DNA of 57,750 nucleotides, counting the filler, from Perkinsus olseni (Eukaryota): the NCBI GenBank assembly GCA_013115125.1. It is 3 parts of 3 records of this genome, joined end to end, with 100 filler letters (N's around TTAATTAATTAA, not from the genome) between each part and the next. Parts side by side here need not be neighbours in the genome. Positions count along the whole stretch, not along the records: positions 1 to 19,286 come from JABANN010000601.1; positions 19,387 to 38,567 come from JABANN010000603.1; 1 more part is not named here. One strand, given 5' to 3'. The notes beneath the pieces were generated by a model, which searched no databases, had not been told where the DNA came from, and worked only from the letters and a program-made list of their open reading frames with translations. Positions 12,410-23,800 of the stretch are shown piece by piece. Position 1 is the stretch's first letter; the number at the start of each line of letters is the position of its first letter. The position numbers were made by a program, and so were the translations under genes.

Positions 12410-13275
12410 CACCAGCCATGCTAGGCCCAGGCATATCCTTCCGCGTGCGCATATCTTCGTTCATGCCAAGCTCGGTGGTGGGGTCGCTTCTCCCAGCAAA
12501 GTGGGTGAGGACCTCAGGTTGCATAGAACTCTTCACATCAGAAAAAAGCGGAAAATTTTTTTCCGATTTTTTTAACCAAAGAATCATTTGACCCCGTAAA
12601 TTACGGGATGGCCGATGGCCTCTCCATTCCTTTCAAACGCCTCTTTCCATCGCCGGAAAACGCCAAAATGATACGCATGTCTTGAAGACATTGTCTTCCC
12701 TCAGCGACCCTCAATCTAGCATAAACAAGACCACTACGATGCACCGCCGCAAGACCATCGCAAATCCTTCCCTCAATGCACGTCGTTCAGATAAGCCGTG
12801 TCATTTTATTCGCAAAAAAACGCCTGCCAAATTCCCTCGTGAAATGATATATTTTCAAGGAAAAGTCGCAAAACCCGTACAACACACTGAGCGACTCGCG
12901 CCAGCCTCCTCATTAAGCGAACTGAATTACAGAAGCTGTGACGACCTCGCCGCGGTGTGAAAGACTTTTATCGGCACTGATAATTTGTCTGATTTTGTCG
13001 GATAATGAAAACGAATCCTGTGCTCGAACGGGATAGATTCACCATGGAGGTAACTACGCTAACTATCTTCAAATCGAACATGCATGAGCCCGGCAGAAAG
13101 CCGACAACAATCAATGTGTGCGTTACGTACCAATAATCAAATTTAGATTGTCAATTTCTGAAAGTCAGCCTCAATCCCTTACTACCCGTGCCTTCGTCGC
13201 CTCCGATGGTTGCCAGCTGTTCCCAAAAAGGCACCGCATCGATCCTCGACGCACTGCCGACAGCGGAACATCATT
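12410..13275 (-). pseudogene. Degenerate or mosaic paralog of segments at 5712-5815 and 9665-10915
   Basis: Block-wise nucleotide similarity. Peptides TTEL.M..D.RTRKDMPGPSMA and MFRCRQCVED..GA..GTAG.HRRR.RHG are conserved with synonymous changes, but other blocks contain stops. Confidence 0.45.
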
Positions 13276-14565
13276 AAATTTTTAGGGGACTATGAACGGC
13301 ATTCTCATCGAAATTTGGAGCTTTTGGAACATGCTCTAGACGACTGTGAGGGGGCAAGACTGAAACCAGGATCACCTCGAAATGCAAAAATTCCACGAAA
13401 TTTGCTGAGACTACGGAAACAAGAACGACCTACACATACCTCCATCAAATTAAACGAGTATAACTACTTTCAGCATTCTCAACAACCAGGACTTGATCCT
13501 AGGTTGGGAGGCTAGAGCGACTACCCAAAACCCGTCTGGATACTACCATCACACGACACCATTTCCAGACCTACTTAGTTAAACCCCAGAGCATTTGATA
13601 AGCAAATTAGTAATACCCCAAAGTTCAGTTTCATGAAAGACCAATTCAGTAGAGCCCGAGGAAGTCACCAACAGATACGGAACAGCTCACACCCGTCAGC
13701 TTACACGAAGTATTCCCTCGATATCCCACAGACGCAGGTTGAAATTTAATTGTTGAACATTCGAGTTGGGGCTCCGCTGACATGCCTTCCATGGCTGAGC
13801 AACGAGGTTACAATGTTTGGGTGCGATTGGAGCATCGTATACATACACACCGTGTACCTACATATAGTAGTGATCGCTTAAAAACCTTCTAAAGCAACAT
13901 CCCACAGTCCCGCAGAGGTAGTCTGACTTCGGTTTACCGCCTCGCCACTCATGGCCGGAGTCCCCAGGCCGGGAGGAAGGAACCACAATCCAACGCGAAA
14001 GAACACGACGGATATTCGACAGAGTAAGAAAACCGAAAAATGCAGCAACAGACGGGCATGACCGCAGCTCCTAGGAAGCTCCCCGGCAGCAACTCAAATT
14101 TCAGAGGCTCGAGAATTTGCCCTTGGTAGCCGACGTTCGGAGCGGACGGTTCGGACAAAATGAAGCCACCAACGGATCCGTCGTGAATATTCATCAAGAT
14201 ACCGTCGCCTAGGTTCGAACTCGGGACCTCTGATAAACTCAAGCCTAGGAGATTCTCTCATACACAAGCAATAAAGAAACAGGAACATCCTCTATGACTT
14301 GAACACTTATGAAAAACTGGTAGGTGTTTATAAGGCTACCGTGGCCTCGGATTAGAAGTCCAGTATTTAGATTTCCTGAAATAGCGGAAAAGTTGGTATG
14401 CAGCATATGAGATGAGCGTAATGATCCATAGTATCCGAGAAGATTCCGGAGAAAGATGAAGCAAAAAATTATCGTTGTCAAAAAAATTCAACTGAAATCC
14501 AACACAGAAAACTTTATTCGGCCGCTAAAACTTCACGATACGTCAGAAAAATTCTCGGAAGAACT

Positions 14566-17500
14566 TTAATATTTTCCACAGTCCGTGAGCACGAAGCCAT
14601 ACTGCCCGCAGAGAGGACGTGGAAAACGATAAATTCGGAATTTTTCTTCCGCCGAATTCCAGTCCGAATTAGTACCTCATAGTCCTCCAAAGGGAATGAA
14701 TCGACTTCAACTTTTCCTTTCACCCAGGCCTTCAGGGAACTCACCAACTGTGACTCCACTGGATGCTCAACCACCACAACCTCGCCGTTTTCGTTGAAAT
14801 CACCGGGAATAATCAGTTTCTGTACAGAGAGTACCTGAACACGCAGAGAAAAAACATCTACCAAAGACCGAACCCCGTACCTTAGGCTTACCAGGCGACT
14901 AGTACTCATAATGAGCATCTCAACATCTGGTCTCCGAGCCATCTCCACTGATACCGTTTCAAACACCACTTTGATGTCGTGGTCACGGCATGCCTCGAGC
15001 AAGAGCTCCCTGATGGTGCCGCTCAAAACCTGAGTGAGCACTGCCGTTACTCAGCACGCACCGAACGTTCTGCACATGCGAGAGGAGCTAGTAATCCCTT
15101 GACATTCTTTACTTCTCTCATTCTTCACCTTAACATTCCATCATCCCTCGGAGGGGATAGTGCTACTCATTACGCACCGATCGTCTCGTGCATGCGTGCA
15201 TACACGCACATCGTCCTCCCATACACCCGAACCCCCTCCTCCCACCTAGCATTGCTAGGTGGGGGTAAGGCCGTAGCCTATTTGGGGGTAAGGCCGTAGC
15301 CTATTTGGGGGCAAGGCCGTAGCCTATTTGGGAGTAAGGCCGTAGCCTATTTGGGGGCAAGGCCGTAGCCTATTTGGGGGTAAGGCCGTAGCCTATTTGG
15401 GGGTAAGGCCGTAGCCTATTTGGGGGTAAGGCCGTACCCTATTTGGGGAAAAGGCCGTAGCCTATTTGGGGAAAAGGCCGTAGCCGGCTATAAAACCTAC
15501 ATACGCGCTGTTGCAAAATATCTGCATTTCTGTTCGTGAGGCTATGAAGAGAAGATTATGGTCGACGGAAAAGATGTGCGACGAGTACTACAGAATGTCG
15601 AAGTATGTCATCGAAACTGCTGAAGACGAAGGTAGCCCGGCTGGTCTTTATGAACCCCCCGAGTAATTTGATACCAGCGGTAGCGGACCACCTTCTTTCA
15701 CATTGAATTGATATCATCTATCGTAACCTCTTCGCAAGATGCGCAAAAATACTCGCATCTTGAAATGTCTACACCGGTGTAGACGTGGATCCACTGATAG
15801 CTAATCTATAAGACTTTTGATCCTTTTTGACTTCTGATCTGTTGTTTGAGGACATGTTCCCTAAGTGTTGTCACCCTCGAGTACCCTAGAGTTGGCTTAG
15901 GATTCAAGGAACAGTTATCTGTTTGTCTTCATCAATGTCAATCCAAAACTAGGCCTGATAGAGCGGATGACCCAGATGAGTCCGCCCAATCAAGATCTTG
16001 AGACTGAAGACTCCAGTGCTTACACGATTCTCGTTGTCCTGTGAATAGCGATCCAAAGACATTTGATTTGCGCAAATACGCGGTGTCAGGGATCGAACCG
16101 GGATGCGCGCTAATACGCGATGTCAGGGATCAAACCCGGGACCTCCCCAATGAGAACTCCTCACCTTATCCTCTCCAGCGGTGTAGACCTTTCCATTCGC
16201 GACAAAGGCCACATTAGAACTCAGGCCTTCCGTCACGCGGTCATTAGAACCCACCATGACCATCTCCTCTACACCAGTCGCCATCCTCTCGCTGATAGCC
16301 TTCCTCCGCTCCGTCCAGCTCACGTCTTTCACATGGACATTACCTACAGGAAAAATGCCTCATTTTATCGTCGATAATGATTTCGCTTTGATGTTCCCGG
16401 CAGGAGCCAAAGCGGACGATATCAAGATTCTCCATCATCAAGTTCCAAAACTAATGGCTCAATGAGATGCTGACTCTTTTCACCCTACATGTCGTACGAT
16501 TTCAACAATATCCACCCAACCCTCAAGAGCCCGAAAAACGACCAGGGATACCACCAGTAAAAATTTTTGACTGATGAAAAATTCTCCTCGATTGGGACTC
16601 TCGTGTCAAGAGTCGACGAGAAGAATATAGTAATTTTCAATCCGATTTTTAAATATAATCCACAACCTCCCTATAGTGAGTAATACGCTACCCCGCCACA
16701 CCACTCAATCGATTACCTGATCGTTCTCCCCTGGCCAGCTCCGCCACACAGCGGCTGTTCTTGTGCACAGGCAGCGGACAGAGGAACATCCACATGTCCT
16801 TAACTTTATAAGTGATCCCAACCGTCACTTGCGCCTCGAAATCCTCCGCCCTGGCGTGGCCGTTCAAAGCCGCTATGCCCTTAAGGCACATCTCCTTAAC
16901 CTTCTTTCCAAGGGTGTCCAGCTCTGCAGCCTGAAAAAAAGCTAAGAAGGGAAATTCCACATAACCGATATTTCGGAGAAATTTCTGATCGGAAATGCAC
17001 CGGCCCCGGGCGAGGTAGACCACTTGCCTTGCGCTCCACCAAACACTTTCTTCCTTAAGTCAGCTAAGAAGGATAGCAAGAGCCTCCTTCAAGTTCAGGT
17101 AATCACAGCCCCCAATAAAACCTATTCCAGCTTCACTCAGGGCAACACGATAATTCTGTCACAACTATTTTCACCTTTGTTAAATACCCTTTATTATACC
17201 GTAAAATTCGCAACTTAGTATAGCCGATGGTGTTATACCTTCACACTCAACAACATTTTTCATCACTGATAATTAAAACACTCAGTGACTTTCATACCAC
17301 AAATTCCGCAATTAAGCGCTGCGAAACAGTCGACAATAGCGATATACAAATTCAATCATCTAATACTACCACTACGCTACTACTCCGAAAGACGAGGCCA
17401 ACGATCTAAGCACTACCAGATCCGACACAAAGGCCAGCGCGGACGAACCGTCCCACAGCAGCGCTAGCCCTCTCACTATTACATCATCAGTATCCTCATA

Positions 17501-17650
17501 CGCTGCCGAGAGCCTCTTGATGTGTCTATCCAAGGACAGTATCCGAGTAGCGTTGAAAGTGGTTCGCATAGTGGTGAATACACCACCTTCCAGGGCGAGC
17601 GCGTGGAGGAAGGACGCCTTGGTCAGTCCCGGTGGGGTTACCTGAACCAT
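14566..17650 (-). CDS. Class IV PLP-dependent aminotransferase-like protein (D-amino acid aminotransferase / ADC-lyase fold), 6 exons, about 297 aa
   Basis: Exons 17483-17650, 16717-16930, 16165-16343, 14892-15029, 14676-14834 and 14566-14601 splice in phase. Motifs GVFTTMRT, LDRHIKRL, VKDVSW (candidate PLP Lys), EGLSSNVAFV, VLSGTIR, STSRLV. Confidence 0.85.
15261..15485 (+). repeat. 23-bp tandem repeat, 10 cores, spliced-leader-like
   Basis: Unit GCCGTAGCCTATTTGGGGG(T/C)AAG, with cores at exact 23-bp spacing from 15271 to 15478. Confidence 0.95.
15484..15666 (+). pseudogene. Isolated terminal-exon paralog of the 11281-12132 gene, nested antisense in an aminotransferase intron
   Basis: PAIKPTYALLQNICISVREAMKRRLWSTEKMCDEYYRMSKYV...PPE* aligns with GRIKPAYKLVKRACLSLREAMMKKFGSIGVMCDEYYRMSK. 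Confidence 0.7.
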
Positions 17651-19386
17651 CACAGCTCTGAAAATATTTTGAAATAAATTTCTGATAGTTTTTATGCTTA
17701 AAATATTGAAAAATGAAAATAAAATTTTCGTTCGGTTCCCTCCTCTGTCTTCAATAAACTATTTCCAAAAAAGTCAAAATAAAAAATTTTTTCAGTTCGC
17801 TCATTATTATAGAATTGTCTTTAATTAAGCTTCATTAAACTGGCAAATTCCAGCGAACTTATTAACAATTTAATATGCTTTGATAGACTTATTGAACTTT
17901 CGAATTGCTCTGTCTTCAATAAACTATTTCCAAAACTCAGAATCAAACTTCAAAAAATCCTTCGGAGAGAAAGATTCAATTCTTTCAAGAAAGAATTGTT
18001 TTCCCGTGAGATGCTGTACTAAAATCAACAACGACTTTCACTATTTTTCCGTGAAAAACGGAAGCATCCAAAAATACGAACCGAACGAGTAGCGACAGCC
18101 AAGCAGACCAACAATCAATAAAACAATAGAGGAAAGATTCCTCCCAAATGAGAAGTGCCCTCTCATTGGTCCATCTATTCACTATAAAGACAAGAAAAAA
18201 TTACTTCTTTCAATAAAGAGTTAATTTTTCCCCGGAAATGCTACACTACAATCGACTCTGAGTTCCAGTACGAGTTAACTGAGTGACCCCACTATTACCA
18301 GTAGCCTTCCATTGCGCAACAAAGCGTCCTTCTGATCGGCTTCCTTGGGAGCGGCTCCCGGAAGGCCCTTGGTGAGCTCTTCGTTAAAATCGATGATTTC
18401 GTTGAGGGTGATGTTTGACGGTGAAACGGTCGCGGTCATATTTATTAAATATACACTACTGATTCATCCCTTGTCCGCTCTGAAAGCCGACGCTACAGAG
18501 GCTGGCCCGTTTGGTGATAGAAAATGCGGAAAAACGCCATATGCCGGGATCGAACCCGAGTCACGCACGAGACGGTAACAATCAATGTCGTCGTTGGCGG
18601 TCGTCTCCTTCCTACAAGTGCCTCTTCAACCTTCACTGCCAATCGAGCGCCTGGTCGGTCGCCTTTCTTCGGCATTATTGCAGCTTGAGACGGTCCACAG
18701 AAGCTGTGGCCTTCAGAAGACTTTCCATATTACATTTTTACGCATATCGGTGGGGAAGGGAATTCCGTTGTTCTTCAACAATTAGGCGCTCAATCGCCCG
18801 GTCTGCTTCTAGGCAACTCGCTCCCTGTAGTTAAAACAGCAAGAACAGCTTTTCTCGGGGATTTTCTTCGTTTCAATAAAAGGCTTTTCACTCCAGTCAG
18901 TCTCGATGGCTCCCATTCATCATCGCCTCTCGTTGTTGTTTGATAACCACATCCGCGAATTTCCTACTCCTATGGCAACAATGCTACTGAGCTTACGACG
19001 ATCTTGAATAGACCGAGTCCTACGCATTCGTTTTAAGTAAAAGCGGCCAAGACTTTACGCGGGCTTCAATAACAATTAGTACAACCAAGTATTGCGCCCT
19101 ACCGTCACGCTAGAGGACACAGCAAAACTTGAAAGACGAGTATTCAATCATTATTTTCAATCGGTTCTCTACATCCTGAACGCCCCTTCAGGTTGCCCTC
19201 ATTCGGCTAATATTGACAGTGGGTACCCTTCTTGGACTTAGGATCCACTGTGTGGTCACCCTCGTACTCGCTAACACTACTCTTCGNNNNNNNNNNNNNN
19301 NNNNNNNNNNNNNNNNNNNNNNNNNNNNNNTTAATTAATTAANNNNNNNNNNNNNNNNNNNNNNNNNNNNNNNNNNNNNNNNNNNN

Positions 19387-20008
19387 CCAACCTCACGTAG
19401 AGAGTATCATTGAGGAATCGGATTGATGTAGGTTCCTTCAAAGCGCTGTTCGTGATGGTTCTCACAGCGTGATAGTCCGGCCCGCGATGGGAGAATGCAT
19501 AGATCTTGTTGGAAGCCTTCCCTGTAACATAAAGGATGTCCTCCTGGTCATCGAAGGCCACACCTGTATAACCCTTGCTAGGCTCCGCCGGGGCAATCAA
19601 CACCAAGGCGTCGGGGCTAGCCGGGTTCACTGCGTACACCGCTCCGTCTGAGATGCCATAAATGACCTTGCCGCCGTTGCTCGCCTGAATATCAGAGAAG
19701 TCCTTGTCGGCAACGACCTCATGCTTGCTTCGACCAGCAATCGGCGCCCTCCACAGTTTACCAACACCGTCTTCCGTACCAGCGATGTACCAAACACCGG
19801 TGGAGGTCGAAGTATAAGTAACGACAGATACGTTTCCGGCGGGAAGGATATCGGGGTGGTTGTTGCTGTCGACCTCACAGAACTCTTCACTCGAACATAC
19901 ACTCGTAGTGGGGGTATGAAGTAGACCTCTGAGCCTGATGGAAGCCTTAGCTGGAGATAGGCTGGTAGCGAGGAGTCCGATCCACAATGCAATCGAATGG
20001 GCAATCAT
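19387..20008 (-). CDS. Secreted beta-propeller-like protein (NHL/SMP-30-like repeats), truncated by a gap
   Basis: Signal peptide MIAHSIALWIGLLATSLSPAKA; propeller-type motifs GVAFDDQEDILYVT and PTSIRFLNDTLYV. Confidence 0.65.
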
Positions 20009-20653
20009 TTGGAGGATGCTGCAAAGATAAAACTAAGTGGATGGACTGATAGATGACTGACCGAAATGAATTGTAGAATAGATATGCTTCATCATACTCG
20101 AGTACTCCCTAGAACTAGCTATTGAAGCTTAGGAAGCTCCATGGAACATACAGATCCATCCACGCCCACTTTGTGTTCTGCAAGGGAGATCTTAAAGCCC
20201 TTTGCCTTTCTCGAAACCTCTGTAACCTCCTATAGGTCGATTATCGGCGAGCCACGAATGACCTCAGATTTCCGAGGTTGCTGAGGGAGATTCTCCGAGA
20301 GCATTGTGAATTGGAATTACCCTTCTTTCACAGGATCAAGCGCATATGTTCAAGCGATTCTTTGATTATTATCTCCACACACAGGAAACGACGATGACGT
20401 GATTGCGCGGAACCGTGCGTTGAAATGACGACCATCCATGCATCGAGAACGGATGCTCGGAGACGATTTCGGCATCGTCTTGCGACAGTGGAGGGAGAGG
20501 ATGACCAGGTTGTCCGCGCTTCCCTCGACAACCACTCTGGCGAGAGACCTTCCTCGACTCTGCCCAAGATGGAGAATGAGCTGAATAGGATCTTCACGAA
20601 AATCGATTGCCCCGTAACAAGATACATTCAGTCATGCCAAACTGAATCTGTTT

Positions 20654-20800
20654 GTTTGGCTGGTTAAGGCAATTGATAAAAGTTTCACTTGTGATTTGTC
20701 TATACTACTTGCTATTGATTGGCCTGTGCTGCTTGCGGGCGTTTCTCTGTCCGTTTGGCTGGTTAAGGTTGATAAACGTTTCACTTGTGATTTGTATAAT
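20654..20800. repeat. Imperfect direct repeat of about 50 bp, two copies
   Basis: GTTTGGCTGGTTAAGG..TTGATAAA.GTTTCACTTGTGATTTGT at about 20654 and 20753. Confidence 0.8.
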
Positions 20801-23800
20801 CTACCATGTCAAGAACATGACAATGACGTGTATAATTCCGTTTCCACTCAAGTGATACCAAACACCAAATCATCTTTATCTGTCTTATCCGGCCAACTGG
20901 CTAAAGGACTGAGTGGTCTGGCTTCTCCAGCTGACCGCGGAGCAGCTAACTTGGGTCGGTTTAAGGCAGGCTATCTGCTCGGGGTTACGAGGTATTGATT
21001 GAGATGGATCCATTGGAGGGGGTACTTCTTGTGATTCAGTGGAAATATGGTATTTATGTAGCACGCTCTCCCTCTTCTACCAATACCGTCGTTTCAGACT
21101 GACAAGTGTCAGCGTTGCAAGATTCGCGTGCAACAGTACGCCCTCAATGACACTTCGAACACAACAAGGGATATTGAAATGTGCACTAATGCGCAGCGAC
21201 GGCCGTTGTCGGGCTCATCACAGGGGATGTCACTGAAGCATCACCGGGCTTAGCCCGTTGAAGCTCCAACACTCTTAAGCAGGGACCCGATGGGTAGAGC
21301 GGATACAAGTTCATAACGGGCAAGTCAACACGTACCTCCTGACCGAGGGACCTGAGCGATCCCATTTTTTAGTAGAAAGAATTTACTTTTTCAAGTAGAT
21401 TAGAGAAAAAATGGAGGCGAAAAAAAACAAGTCAATCATTCGAGTCACCCAGAACTCGATGCACCACACGAACATGATGGCATTGGACAAGTTGTGAGAT
21501 ATTCTTACGTATTAAGACGCTCGCTGAGAGGCTTCTGAACAACTGGAGAGTACTGGGCAACGAAGGAACCAAAATGCTGGAGATATCCTTCAACCTGCGT
21601 GCGTGTCAACTCTCGCCATATGCTGTGTATCGCCTGAAAACAACAACCAATACACCCTATCTCCGCCCAGCCAATTCTGCGAAGTAAGAGTACCACACTC
21701 CGATGAGCGCCGAAACGCTAATCCCCACCGGTGCGCGCAGCGCGCTGGTTGAAACGATAAGATATTCTTGGCGAAGCGGCGATGATTCACCACAGTCCTT
21801 GACACAACAGGGACGATCGGGTTGTTCAGAGAACTCATTTTGAAATTCAGAATCGATTCTGGAATCGATTTTCCCCCCTTAAATGCGATTCAAGAATAGA
21901 TTGCGAAATTCAGAATTGATTCTCTGAACAACCCGGATATCTTTCGATCCGTGGAATCCCGCTGCGCTCCGTCGGCTTCTCACATTTTTGGCCCGCCGCT
22001 CGGCGGGGTACCCTCCCGAAGCTTTCGCGAATTCGAGGGCTTCATCAACACCCTTCCTCAGGTCCCCAACAGCTCCGACTAAACGCGAAATGAAACCTCT
22101 TTCCCGATAATCAGTGTACCTAAGCGTTGAGGAAATCCAAGAGAGCAAGATGCCGCAAGTGAGTTCACTCGACACGACATGACCCGGGCGGAAGCAATAG
22201 GTCAAGCCACTCGTTCGAAAAGAGCTGCCCGAGGACGTCTTCCATATCGGAAACTGTAAAACATGAAGCTGTTCTTCAGCGGAGCGATGCACAACCTCAC
22301 CGTCATCCGAGGAATGCAATGGAAAGTCCATAGACCGCACAGCCTTCACACAGAGATCCCCCACTGCCCGATCGATTGGCGATCCAGTGAGAGCTCGAAC
22401 TGCAACATTCTGAGAAAGAATCTTGCGCACAGCGGAGAGTTAAGATACGCCTCGTTAGCTTGCGCGCACAGCAAAGATTTCCCACCGATAATATCTTACT
22501 TGTGCCCAATCAAAACAGTCGCTTTTTGCTTTCGACCCTGGCCAGATCCCGGGACCAGCTCCATCCTCTTCCCTTCCCTGCGGTACCGCTTTCTTGTGAG
22601 AGTTACTACTCACACCACTTGAGGGATTGCTGAACTGACAACGGAACGCGTTGAGGAAACGCAAGAGTGCAAGATCTTCTCACCTCGTGTGCTCGCTCGC
22701 ACTCCCCTACAGCGAACTCAGCAATAGACGCGAGTCTCATGACCGTCGTTGAGTATATTAAAACGCGATACATCGCTACGACTAATTTCTGACGGCAATC
22801 GGGGTCGAAGACCGTTGCCTCAGAGGAATTGGCCCGCTGGAGGATCCGAGTCCAGGCCTGAGACGACAATCTTGCTAATCTTGCACTTTTACAATTCCTC
22901 AACGCTACTCACATTGCGAGTTTGGTACTCTTTCAGCTGTAATGACTGTATCTCGTTTATGGCATAGCCCCCGAAGATCCGGAAGTCCTGCTTGCAATTG
23001 TGAATATACTGCAGCAAGAAGTCACTCTGAAGAGTTGGGAAAGGAGTGGTATGACAAACAGCACGCATGCCCAAACCGCCACTACTACCCGATGGAATTC
23101 TATGTCCAATTCGGCGCAACTCCGGGCTAGTCTATTCATACACCGCTTGAGCTGCTCGATCCTCAGTTGCATTCTAATATTAACGTCCTCGGGAGGGATC
23201 GAACCTGCGACCTCTGGATGCTCCAAGTGCAAACAAGAGGGAACCCCGACGATAGTTCCGAGATGAGATTCGGAGGAAAAGAGACCTTCCACTTCCTCGC
23301 TGATCCCGCTCCCCAGTCTACTGAAGGGACATCCCTGTGCAGTGAGAATCTTCTATCTCCCGTTTTGAAAAGTCCGAATGGTAGAATCCCTTACAGTAAC
23401 GGACATCTAAAGATGCAAATTGCGGATATATACAGAGGCCCTTTGGCTGCAATTTTAGGTCCAAACTCGGTCTTGGGAAGAGTTACCTCTGCACACGTAA
23501 TTTGCATCTTTACATGTCCGGTACTGTATTACACCGCCACTCGTTTCTGATCATCGTCGTTTACACGCTCATGCATTCTACCCGACAACTTCAATTTCTA
23601 CAGGAATCTCCGTCAGAAGGTTTCCAGCGAGATCCCATAATTTCGCGTGCAATCCCCAATCGATCCAATCTTGCAGGCAGTTTCACAGGGACGACAAACC
23701 CCTCCCTGACCCCCAGCTGCCATTACCCTTCTCATCAACATGCTTGCAGTCAACTAAGACAAGCCTCTCATCGCCAGACCGCATCGAGGTGGGTATACTC

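Noticed and set aside
15261-15485. CRISPR-like array
   Set aside because: The units abut with no unique spacers, there are no cas genes, and the context is eukaryotic
1900-18900. Integrated virus or autonomous transposon explaining the left domain
   Set aside because: No recognisable capsid, polymerase, integrase, reverse transcriptase or transposase; it contains spliced host-type genes
19287-19386. TTAATTAATTAA between N runs (also 38568-38667)
   Set aside because: Artificial six-frame-stop contig linker, not biological; ORFs reading through it are artefacts
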